Part shown: piece after piece, positions 18,178-26,791 of the stretch | Position numbering within the stretch: the stretch's first letter is position 1 | Layout: each line of letters begins with the position of its first letter | IMG/VR virus record: IMGVR_UViG_3300044996_000496 | Location: 23,579 to 87,578 of that record | Source: a virus | Strand: one strand, 5' to 3' | DNA: 64,000 nucleotides | Notes under the pieces: generated by a model | Database searches by the model: none | What the model saw: the letters and a program-made list of their open reading frames with translations, nothing else | What the model was told of the DNA's origin: nothing | Made by a program: the position numbers and the translations under genes

Positions 18178-18948
18178 TTGAAAAAATTATTTAGTGTTCT
18201 ATTTTTCTTACTTGTTGTTTTTCAATCGTTTGGATTCTGCGATCAGGATTTTGATGCAATTTCTAATTATTATTTAAATGAAATTCACAAAATATATATG
18301 GGAACAGGAGTGGCGAGGACAGATTCTCTACTGTATGAGCTGATCCGCAGTGAATTGGGAAAACAGAAGCTTCAGGATACAACACAAATTAAGGTTTATG
18401 ATTTAGCCGATACAATATTAACTATATTTGTAACAAAAGCGGACTCTATGATTTTGTGTAATCTTGATTATGGTATATTACAAGACAGTATAAACGCTAA
18501 ATTATACGGAATTGATGGATCTTTTACTGCAGCAGAGGAAACACTAAATTTTATTCAAAATGTAATTGATGACAGTGTTTCTTCAAAACTTAATTTAATT
18601 GAGTATAACATTGCTCCGAAAGATACGTGTCTTATAAGGCTTTTCTCTTCTCTTGCTGCGGATTCTACGTTTCTTATTTATTACCCAGGATATCCGTCTT
18701 TTCGGTGGAGTTATAATTTTGTGAGATATACCACAAATGATGGTCCAATTAGGTTTTTGCTATATTTTACTAGTGGGCGTGCCGATACTTTAGACGCTCC
18801 GTTTACTGCCCTAAATATTGGTGCTTTGGGTGGATTTTTACCACAACCCGTTGTTTTTTCGATGGAGCTTGATTCTATTCGAGTTACTGCTACTGGGGCG
18901 TTGAGTTACTTGGAGGTTATTTGGTACGCGAAACATACTTTGCAATAA
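18178..18948 (+). CDS. Exported protein D; paralog of 15594-16388
   Basis: TTG start gives an MKKLFSVLFFLLVVFQSFG signal; shares SNYYL, IDDSV.KLNLI, TNDGPIR, FTSG..DTLD.PFT, MELDSIR, W.AKHT with protein A. Confidence 0.8.
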   Translation: MKKLFSVLFFLLVVFQSFGFCDQDFDAISNYYLNEIHKIYMGTGVARTDSLLYELIRSELGKQKLQDTTQIKVYDLADTILTIFVTKADSMILCNLDYGILQDSINAKLYGIDGSFTAAEETLNFIQNVIDDSVSSKLNLIEYNIAPKDTCLIRLFSSLAADSTFLIYYPGYPSFRWSYNFVRYTTNDGPIRFLLYFTSGRADTLDAPFTALNIGALGGFLPQPVVFSMELDSIRVTATGALSYLEVIWYAKHTLQ

Positions 18949-18986
18949 TTTATTAGCACAATAGTTGTTGATTTTATTGTTATTAA

Positions 18987-18995
18987 TGTATATAG
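18987..18995 (+). promoter_or_regulatory. Candidate late-promoter element TGTATATA(G)
   Basis: Same 8-mer in intergenic gaps before the protease (here), tail tube (31569) and tail fibre (46404) genes. Confidence 0.4.
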
Positions 18996-19017
18996 TTTAT
19001 GAAAGGAGTTTTATACA

Positions 19018-20811
19018 GTGGAAAACAGTTTGTCCGTAGGCACAGTAAGCGCACTTGACGGCACACTAGTTGTTGATGATTTAATTATTGCGTATGTTAA
19101 GAAAACTCCCAATAAAAATGAATGGTGTATTTATTCAAAAAGCGGAAAAAAGATGGGATGTTATAAAACTAAGGATGAGGCTGTTGAGAGACTTAGACAA
19201 ATAGAATATTTTAAACATAATAAAGCAAATGAATTTATTGATGTTGATGATGTTATTGCGTCATTTGTAATTTATAATTTAGTTTTAAATGGTAGTGAAA
19301 TTGATGTTTGTGATTATTTTGATGAATATTTGTGTGGATGTGATGAGTTAGCAGAGGGTGTTGATGTTACCGAGAATTATTTGCGTTTTAGGCAAACGGA
19401 ACCAGATAAATATGATTCTTTCAGAATTATTAACATAAGTGTTAAACAAGGTATTAAAGCCGTTTTGGGGATAATTAATGGACCACCAAAAAAAACAGAA
19501 ATACAATCTTATTTGTTTGATAAGAGTAAGTGGACGACCAAGGATGCGACAAAGTGGATTAAAGATCATGGCAAGAAAGCATCAGCGTCAGCTAATTCCA
19601 ATATGTTAAGAATAAAGTTTAATGTATCTGATGTGAAAATTGAACAGCCTGATGCTGTGGCGATTGCTAACATAGACTCATTTTTTGATGAAATTGATAA
19701 AAATAGACAAAAAGATTTAATGTATATAGCATTTAAGCTTGTTCACGAGGGCACGAATGCAAATTTAGATCATTTTTTGTATGATGAGTTAAAGTCTGCG
19801 CAAAAAACGCCTATAAATAAACCATTGAATTGGCTGCATTGGGAACCAAATATTGGTGTTATTTATGACGCGACTTTAGTTGACGCTACTGATATTGAAG
19901 GGGCATATATTGAGGCCCATGCAGTAGTTTGGAAGTATAAGTATCGCGATTATGCTATGGAAATCGAAAACCGTCATAGCGAGGGAGAGCTTTTCTTTAG
20001 CATGGAAGTATGGTATTCGCAGTCAGAGTGCCCAATTTGTAAGAAAACATACAGTGCTAGGGAAGAAGCTGCTGGCAAAACCTGTGAACATTTGGCTAGT
20101 AGATTTTACGAAAGAGCGGAAGACCCTAACATGGCAACATGTTACCGCATACTTCGAGGTCTTACATTTGGAGGTGCTGCTGTAGTTGATCTCCCGGCTG
20201 ATAAGGGAGCGGAGGCTTTGGCGGTTGCCTCCAAAAACAAAGCTGATAGTGATAAGGAGGTGTTTGATGCTATGAAGCGACTTGATGATGGGACGTTAGT
20301 TTATACTGAAGCAGAGATAGAAGAGCTTAAGGATAAGGTTAGAGCAAGCGTCCGCGAGGAATTGAGTAACGAGGGTGCCCATGCTAAGGAGTTGGAGGAT
20401 CGCGATAAACAGATAGCTGATCTGCAAAAGACAATTGAGGGCTTAAACACAGAGTTAGCCGAGGCACAGAAGAAGCTGGATGAAACAATAAAAGAATTTG
20501 ATGAGCATAAGTCTAGTATAGAGAAAGAAAAGCTTGTAGCGAAAAGAACGGCTAGTTTGATAGAGGCAGGATATCAGTTTAGTCAAGATGAAAAGGAAAA
20601 AGAAGCTGTTATTGCCTCGTTTGTTGCTATGGATGAGAATGCATTTGAATTTGTATTAAAGACAATTAAGGATAAGAATGAGGAAGTGGCAGCAGCTACT
20701 GCAAGTAGAAAAACTGGTGGAGTTCCAGTTGGTTCTACGGTAACTTCCTCGGGCGGAACAACGCTTGGGCAAAAGATGAGCAAGATTAAGGATTTATTGA
20801 CAAAGGTTTAA
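19018..20811 (+). CDS. Prohead protease / scaffold fusion with extra N-terminal domains
   Basis: NANLDHF...KPLNWLH...FSMEV...FGGAAVV..PAD protease core with CPIC/CEH; long acidic coiled-coil C-terminus; upstream of decoration and capsid genes. Confidence 0.75.
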   Translation: MENSLSVGTVSALDGTLVVDDLIIAYVKKTPNKNEWCIYSKSGKKMGCYKTKDEAVERLRQIEYFKHNKANEFIDVDDVIASFVIYNLVLNGSEIDVCDYFDEYLCGCDELAEGVDVTENYLRFRQTEPDKYDSFRIINISVKQGIKAVLGIINGPPKKTEIQSYLFDKSKWTTKDATKWIKDHGKKASASANSNMLRIKFNVSDVKIEQPDAVAIANIDSFFDEIDKNRQKDLMYIAFKLVHEGTNANLDHFLYDELKSAQKTPINKPLNWLHWEPNIGVIYDATLVDATDIEGAYIEAHAVVWKYKYRDYAMEIENRHSEGELFFSMEVWYSQSECPICKKTYSAREEAAGKTCEHLASRFYERAEDPNMATCYRILRGLTFGGAAVVDLPADKGAEALAVASKNKADSDKEVFDAMKRLDDGTLVYTEAEIEELKDKVRASVREELSNEGAHAKELEDRDKQIADLQKTIEGLNTELAEAQKKLDETIKEFDEHKSSIEKEKLVAKRTASLIEAGYQFSQDEKEKEAVIASFVAMDENAFEFVLKTIKDKNEEVAAATASRKTGGVPVGSTVTSSGGTTLGQKMSKIKDLLTKV

Positions 20812-20850
20812 TTTAATTGTTTTACATTGCACTGCAGGGGGGTGAGATAG

Positions 20851-21501
20851 TTGATAAGTGTAAAGGTTCATGGATTGAATGATTTTGCGTATGCTGGTGA
20901 GGCGTTGACGAAAGGTAGATTTGTTTATTTTGCTGGATTTTTTGCCGCTGGTGACGCCGCAAAAGCAACTCCTGGGTATTCTTCAAATGGAGATAGAAAA
21001 GTTTTGGTTGCTAATGGATTCACTCTTCATGGAATTCCGTCTATTATGTTTACCGCTGGTGCTCCGACGCTTTCCGGCGGCATGGCCGCTCCAAAGGACG
21101 TATACCCGTGCAATAAGCTAGAGTATACAATTGAGGACTCAGATTATGAGCTAGATGCTATTGCATCAGGGGAGTCGTGCTTGTTCTATCGTTCTGGTCA
21201 ATATCAGACCGACCAGTGGTCACAGGGTGACGCAACTACAACTGACATGACTGCAGCAGAGTTTGGGGCATTGTTGTATCTTGATAATCTTGGTAGGCTA
21301 ACTCGTTCAACTGGATACACAATCAGTGGTTTCGTTGTAGCAAGATTTATTAATTTGACAGCAGAGCCTTCTGCAACTGGCGCTGGTGTTGCGTATCCAA
21401 ACTGGCAGTACAGTTTTTATACCTTGGTAAATCATGCACAGACTGGTACAGCCTCTAACTCGGCTAGATTATTGTGGTTTGATCTAATTTCCGCTGCTTA
21501 G
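20851..21501 (+). CDS. Capsid decoration/cement protein
   Basis: Between scaffold and MCP; AGEAL.KGRFV, G.Y.TDQ, G.LLYLD..GRL motifs; TTG start with GGGGGTGA SD. Confidence 0.65.
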   Translation: MISVKVHGLNDFAYAGEALTKGRFVYFAGFFAAGDAAKATPGYSSNGDRKVLVANGFTLHGIPSIMFTAGAPTLSGGMAAPKDVYPCNKLEYTIEDSDYELDAIASGESCLFYRSGQYQTDQWSQGDATTTDMTAAEFGALLYLDNLGRLTRSTGYTISGFVVARFINLTAEPSATGAGVAYPNWQYSFYTLVNHAQTGTASNSARLLWFDLISAA

Positions 21502-21505
21502 TAAA

Positions 21506-21537
21506 CCTTCAGGGGGGGGCAATACCCCCTCCTGAGG
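21506..21537 (+). terminator. GC-rich stem-loop between decoration and capsid genes (no U-tract)
   Basis: TCAGGGGGGGG-CAATA-CCCCCTCCTGA, about 11 bp stem. Confidence 0.5.
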
Positions 21538-21568
21538 CAAATAGTTAGTTTTAAGGGGGTGAAATAGG

Positions 21569-22486
21569 GTGGATATAGAAAAATTAACTTACAGAGAAAT
21601 TGATATTGAATTACAAAAGGCATTGGCGTCTATAAACTGGAGGGATCCGCAAGAACGTTCGGCATTTGCTGAGACTATTGTGGAGGTTGTTAAGTATGAT
21701 GTTGAAAGAGACAATCTAATAGATTTGTTTGCCGAACAGGAGGTTATTCCAGTTGGAGCCTCGAAAGAATGGGTTGTTCGTAAGGGCATAAAAGCTTACA
21801 TTCATGAGCCTGGTTCATATGCTCCAAGATCAACGATTACTAACATTACCAACACAATCCAGTCTGAAATGGCATCGGTCCATCCTCAGATGGAGCTTGG
21901 CCAGCTAGAGTCCGGTCGCTATGGAACCGTTGCTGATATACGAAAAATGTGCAAGGATGAGCTTTTGGGAATGAAGTATGGCACAATTTGGAACGTTATG
22001 ATAGCGTCAATTGCTTCTAGTGATAGCAACTATCAAACGTATTCTGCAACAAATGATAATTTGGTTACAAAGAAAAACGTACTGGTTTCTGGTTTGAAGT
22101 GGGTAAATGATATAGGTCAAGGGGCTAAGGCCATAGTTGGTAGATATTCCCTTGTTTCTGACATTACTGAATTTGATGGATATTCAGAAACGTGGAAAGA
22201 GCAGGTAGACAGAGAGGGATTCCTTGGTGCATTTAGAGGAGTTCCTATTTTGTCACTTAAGCAATACACCAATGGTGATGGCATTAGGATGATTAATGCT
22301 GATAACGTATTTATTTCTTCAAATGGAACGGCCAAAATTGCAGTAACCCAGGAATTGCGCGTTGAGGAAGATAAGGATATTGATACATTGTTCTGGCATA
22401 TGCATATGTACGAGAAGTACGGATGTGCAGTGTTCTTCCCTGAGCGAAATTACAGAATTGCTGTTACAAGCAGTCCTTGGGGTTAG
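21569..22486 (+). CDS. Major capsid protein (HK97 fold inferred)
   Basis: 305 aa after protease/decoration; KAIVG, G.LGAFRGVPI, YEKYGCAV C-terminal pattern; flanked by hairpins. Confidence 0.82.
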   Translation: MDIEKLTYREIDIELQKALASINWRDPQERSAFAETIVEVVKYDVERDNLIDLFAEQEVIPVGASKEWVVRKGIKAYIHEPGSYAPRSTITNITNTIQSEMASVHPQMELGQLESGRYGTVADIRKMCKDELLGMKYGTIWNVMIASIASSDSNYQTYSATNDNLVTKKNVLVSGLKWVNDIGQGAKAIVGRYSLVSDITEFDGYSETWKEQVDREGFLGAFRGVPILSLKQYTNGDGIRMINADNVFISSNGTAKIAVTQELRVEEDKDIDTLFWHMHMYEKYGCAVFFPERNYRIAVTSSPWG

Positions 22487-22503
22487 TATTCGGCAAGTAA
22501 GCC

Positions 22504-22525
22504 GGGGCGAGATTTTTCTCGCCCT
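22504..22525 (+). terminator. Stem-loop after capsid gene
   Basis: GGGCGAGA-TTTT-TCTCGCCC perfect 8 bp stem, no downstream U-tract. Confidence 0.55.
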
Positions 22526-22545
22526 CAGTTCGAGGGAAGGAGAGG

Positions 22546-24942
22546 GTGATGAATGGTCAAATTGAATTTAACAAGGATCTTATAACGCTTCTTTGGTATG
22601 GAGATTCTCCGTGTGTATCAACTGGATTTGGCATAGTCAGTCAGAGTGTATTGTTTAGATTATGGCAAACTGGTAAATATAGAATAGTTGCCGTTGGAAT
22701 TAATGATCGAGGCGAAGACCACCCATTAAAAAAGCTCCCAAATTTCCATGTTATGCCCTGTCCTTATCTTGACAGGGATCCATATGGTTATCAAGTGTTG
22801 CCGGAAGCGATTAAGCGATTTAAACCAGATGTCATTTTTGCTTTAAATGACATTTGGTTACTTGCTGGCGATAGTGGTAAGGGGAATCTAAATTGGTGGG
22901 AGAGTTTGTTGCGCCAGCATGCCCCAGGTGTGCCGTGGGCAATATACTTCCCAATTGATGGTCGTCCTCTTGCTAAGGAGTGGGGGCGCGTTATGCGCTC
23001 CTCGTGGTCGCCTGTTGTATACAGTAAATACGGATATGATGTTATTAAAGATGAAATACCTGATGTTAATCCTGAGTTGATTTATCATGGAGTTGATCTT
23101 GAGACGTTTAGGCCGATAGGTGATAAAGAAAAAATACTTTTTGTTAGAAGACATTTGGGTATTCCAGAAGATCATAAACTTATTGGTGTAGTTGGCAGAA
23201 ATCAGCCAAGAAAGAACATACCGCTTGCTCTTAGGATATTTAAGTATTTTAAGGATGGGTATAAAAAATGTAAAAATTGTGGTGGATATGCATCATTACA
23301 TGAAAGATCGTGTGAGTTGTGTGGTATGAGTGATTTTGATAAAGTATATGATGGATTTAACAAAGTTTCTATGTATTTGCATATGAACTTAAGAGATGGA
23401 TTTGGATTTAACATTCCTAAGGTAATAGCTGATGAGAAGGTAAGTGGAATATCTTTTAATCCCGATCATCATATTGCTCATGGCGTTCCGGCTGAGGTTT
23501 TGAATTTACTATATAATTCTTTTGATGTTATGTTTTTGCCAACTATGAGTGAAGGATTTTGTCTTCCAATTTTGGAGTCAATGGCCGCTGGTACACCAGT
23601 GATAGCAACAGCCGGAACTGCCCAAAAAGAATTACTTGTGGATGGTGGCGGAATTCCAATTATTCCACAAGATTATATTATTTTAACCGATGCTGCAAAT
23701 GTAAGACGACATATTATGCGTATACCGGACGCAGTAAATGCTCTTGAAAAGATTCTAACTGATCAAAAATATCATGATGAGTTGGCAATAAAAGGGCTTA
23801 GATACGCAGCCTCTCGCGGGTGGGATGTGTCGGCTCAGCAGTTTGATGAGTTAGTTACTAAAATGTTGAATAAGCGTATATCAGTTGTTGATTCTTTCAA
23901 TGAAACTAAAGAACCAAAAATTTTATTCTATAGACCAATAGGTTCTGCTGGAGATATATTAATTACAACCCCAGTAATACACGCTGTTCGTGAATTGTAT
24001 AAGGATTCAGATATAGTGTATGCTGTTCCTGAAAAATATATAGAGTTATTAGATGGGAACGATGATATAAATAAAGTTATTCCATGTGATTTTATGTGGG
24101 ATGGCAGTAGAAGAAAGGGCGCTGCACAGTCAACCAAAATAGCTAAAGTTGATTTATTTGGAGTCGAGGATAGAATAGAGTCTGCTTTAGCTCCAAATGT
24201 TATTTTTAGTAGACAAGAGATTTATTCTAATCATTGCAAGGTAAAGCCAGAGAGTATGAAGTCGGTGTACAATATTTCTGCACAAGAAAAAGAGTGGGCA
24301 GATGCTCTAATTCCGCAGAACGGTGAGTACAAAATAGGTATAAAGGTTGACACCGAAGAGCCGTATTTGGCTATTAGTGCTGGAGAATGGATAAAATTAA
24401 TTGAGTTTTTCGTAAAACGTAATGATGAGAAAATTTATATTTTCGTACAAGATAGAGCGCATTTCCCAGTTGATGAGTGGATGAGGCTTGTTCCAGATGG
24501 AGTTACTGTTTTTTGTTTTGATAAAGAAGAAAAACCATACAGAAAAATGATAGCAGCAATGAATAATATGAATATGATCGTTTCTTGTGATGGAAGTTTT
24601 ATTCACTTTGCTGGGATGCTTGGGAAACCGCTTGTTGCAATTTATGGACCAAATGATTGGCGACAAAAGTTAAAACATTATAAGAATGTGTTTCCGGTAT
24701 TTAACTCAATGTGTCAAATGATGCCTTGCTGGAGAAATCAGAATTCTCCATGTAGATTAACTGGTCAACAAGAGAGTGTGTGTTTAAGGGAAATGAAGGC
24801 CGGGATGATAGTATCCGCTATAATTAAGGCAAAAAAAGAATCGCTAATATCTGAAAATAAATCAGTAGCAAAAACACAAGAAGAGATTCAAAGAAAAACA
24901 ATATTAAGGGAAAAAAGAAAGCAAAGAAGGAACAGAAGATAA
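22546..24942 (+). CDS. Bifunctional glycosyltransferase (GT4-like plus GT9-like) with zinc-ribbon insertion
   Basis: GDSP...TGFG, IYHGVD, GRNQPRKN, SEGFCLPILESMAAG; then GSAGDILITTP, VSCDGSFIHFAG...VAIYGP, C.PC...C...C; insert CKNC..CELC. Confidence 0.9.
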   Translation: MMNGQIEFNKDLITLLWYGDSPCVSTGFGIVSQSVLFRLWQTGKYRIVAVGINDRGEDHPLKKLPNFHVMPCPYLDRDPYGYQVLPEAIKRFKPDVIFALNDIWLLAGDSGKGNLNWWESLLRQHAPGVPWAIYFPIDGRPLAKEWGRVMRSSWSPVVYSKYGYDVIKDEIPDVNPELIYHGVDLETFRPIGDKEKILFVRRHLGIPEDHKLIGVVGRNQPRKNIPLALRIFKYFKDGYKKCKNCGGYASLHERSCELCGMSDFDKVYDGFNKVSMYLHMNLRDGFGFNIPKVIADEKVSGISFNPDHHIAHGVPAEVLNLLYNSFDVMFLPTMSEGFCLPILESMAAGTPVIATAGTAQKELLVDGGGIPIIPQDYIILTDAANVRRHIMRIPDAVNALEKILTDQKYHDELAIKGLRYAASRGWDVSAQQFDELVTKMLNKRISVVDSFNETKEPKILFYRPIGSAGDILITTPVIHAVRELYKDSDIVYAVPEKYIELLDGNDDINKVIPCDFMWDGSRRKGAAQSTKIAKVDLFGVEDRIESALAPNVIFSRQEIYSNHCKVKPESMKSVYNISAQEKEWADALIPQNGEYKIGIKVDTEEPYLAISAGEWIKLIEFFVKRNDEKIYIFVQDRAHFPVDEWMRLVPDGVTVFCFDKEEKPYRKMIAAMNNMNMIVSCDGSFIHFAGMLGKPLVAIYGPNDWRQKLKHYKNVFPVFNSMCQMMPCWRNQNSPCRLTGQQESVCLREMKAGMIVSAIIKAKKESLISENKSVAKTQEEIQRKTILREKRKQRRNRR

Positions 24943-26051
24943 TGAAAAAGCTAAATGTATTTTTCCCAGTGCCAAGAATTTATGGTCCATCGTTGCACGA
25001 GACAAAGAATAAGTTATTTGAATACGGTAAAGATTTTGCAAAAGAGGCTGACGATTGGATAGATGCTGATGTTATAGTTTTACAATTAATAGGAGACCCG
25101 GACAGAAAAAATTTAGTTCATCCGTCTGAGGTAGTTTTTAGTGATTTAATTAAAGTAATTATGGATAATATGAATCATATTCCAACTATTGTTTTTCCGT
25201 TGTGCAATATAAACAATACCAGCAATTGGAGATATTTATTTGAAAATGCTTCTATGATTTACAGTTATTTAGATGTTGATTATCAAATTAAGCACGTTGA
25301 TGGGCAATTATTACCATTTGTGTTTAATAAGTCAGTTGTTGTGCGAGAGCCTCTTGGGGTGGAACCTGGAGATTTTTTTAGAGAAGACGATATGCAAAAA
25401 CAATATTTAATTTATACATTTGGATTTGATAAAGAGACAGAATCAATAGACATAATTTTTGATGCAACAGTATTATTTAACTCAACCAGAGAAAATTTGG
25501 GTCTTCCGATATTGAAGATGTTGCATAGCGGGAGGGACTTTGGTTTTGATAGTAAGTATTATCAATTTGAGACGCCTGCTCCACAAAATCAAAAGGGTAT
25601 AGTTAGAGCTAGGTACAATAGTTCTTACTTTGCCAATGCGCTTAGAGCAGACGCTTGGGTTGAGGGTGGATTTGAGATGGCTAACATAGAGGCTCCGTTG
25701 TGTGGATGTCAACCTATAACTTATAATTTTGAGTGTTATCAGCATTGGTTTAAGGGTATTTCGGAATTTGTTAATGTTCCACTAAACACAGACCCAAGAA
25801 GTTTATCTAATAGAAAACACGTTGTTGAGCAATTGGTTAATATTTTTAATCGTGGAACTAATGGAAGAGATAAAATCTATAAGTATACTGTTTCAGTTAA
25901 TGATAGTGATGATGAAGATGAAAAAACTAAAGAAATTGGAAGTAAATTAGATTTGTTTGACGATAAAAGAAACATGATTTATGAAAGATTTTTGTGGGAA
26001 AATGTTGCAAGTACATTTTGGAAAGAGGTGTTGAATAAATGTGCAAAATAA
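24942..26051 (+). CDS. GT-B (GT4-like) glycosyltransferase
   Basis: PLGVE, RYN...ALR, EGGFEMANIEAPLCG (ExxxxxxxE), FLWENVA. Confidence 0.75.
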   Translation: MKKLNVFFPVPRIYGPSLHETKNKLFEYGKDFAKEADDWIDADVIVLQLIGDPDRKNLVHPSEVVFSDLIKVIMDNMNHIPTIVFPLCNINNTSNWRYLFENASMIYSYLDVDYQIKHVDGQLLPFVFNKSVVVREPLGVEPGDFFREDDMQKQYLIYTFGFDKETESIDIIFDATVLFNSTRENLGLPILKMLHSGRDFGFDSKYYQFETPAPQNQKGIVRARYNSSYFANALRADAWVEGGFEMANIEAPLCGCQPITYNFECYQHWFKGISEFVNVPLNTDPRSLSNRKHVVEQLVNIFNRGTNGRDKIYKYTVSVNDSDDEDEKTKEIGSKLDLFDDKRNMIYERFLWENVASTFWKEVLNKCAK

Positions 26052-26776
26052 GTATTGTTACTGTTTTAAGAAATTCAGCTCATATATTTGATAAGTTTAT
26101 TGATTGTATTGCCAGTAACATGGGTTTAGATTACGAATTAATCTTAGTTGATAATCATAGTAGAAAAGATTGTGCTAGTTTTTATGATTATGTGTTGTGT
26201 AAGCATTCATTGCAAGATAATGTTTTATTTATTAATAATGATAAAAATTTAATGTTTACAAGAGCCGTAAACCAAGGATTGGAAAAATCCAGTGGACAAT
26301 ACATATGGTTGTTAAATCCAGATGTATATATCGAAAAGGATGTTGATAAAAAATCTGTTGATTTTTTTGTTAATCATTTAAATATTGGTATTGCTGGATA
26401 TAAACTTGTTAAAGTTGATGGATTTATTGAGCATGCCGGAATATGGGAAGAGGGTGGCGATCATAGGGGGCGTGGAGAGTTAGACGGTGCCGATAAGTAT
26501 AATACTCCAGAGTGTTGTAGGTGGGTTACCTTTGGCGCTGCCATGTTTACTCGTGATCTGTATATTAAGTTAGGAACATTGGATGATAAAATATATCCAC
26601 ATTTTGGATCAGACAGAGAGTATTGTGATAGGGCTAAAAAAAGTGGATACGATGTGTGGTATTTGCCGTATAAGTTAATACATGTTTATGGTAACTCTTG
26701 TAGACCTTATGTTTTTGATGATTTACCTGATTATCTTATGGAAAACGGGAAACCAGCAAGAAAAATATGGAAGTAG
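26039..26776 (+). CDS. GT2 glycosyltransferase (WbbL/rhamnosyltransferase-like)
   Basis: ISIV, LILVDN.S, N..FTRAVNQG, LLNPD, VTFGAAM, SDREYCDR, LIH. Confidence 0.88.
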   Translation: MCKISIVTVLRNSAHIFDKFIDCIASNMGLDYELILVDNHSRKDCASFYDYVLCKHSLQDNVLFINNDKNLMFTRAVNQGLEKSSGQYIWLLNPDVYIEKDVDKKSVDFFVNHLNIGIAGYKLVKVDGFIEHAGIWEEGGDHRGRGELDGADKYNTPECCRWVTFGAAMFTRDLYIKLGTLDDKIYPHFGSDREYCDRAKKSGYDVWYLPYKLIHVYGNSCRPYVFDDLPDYLMENGKPARKIWK

Positions 26777-26791
26777 GATGGTGGATCTTTT

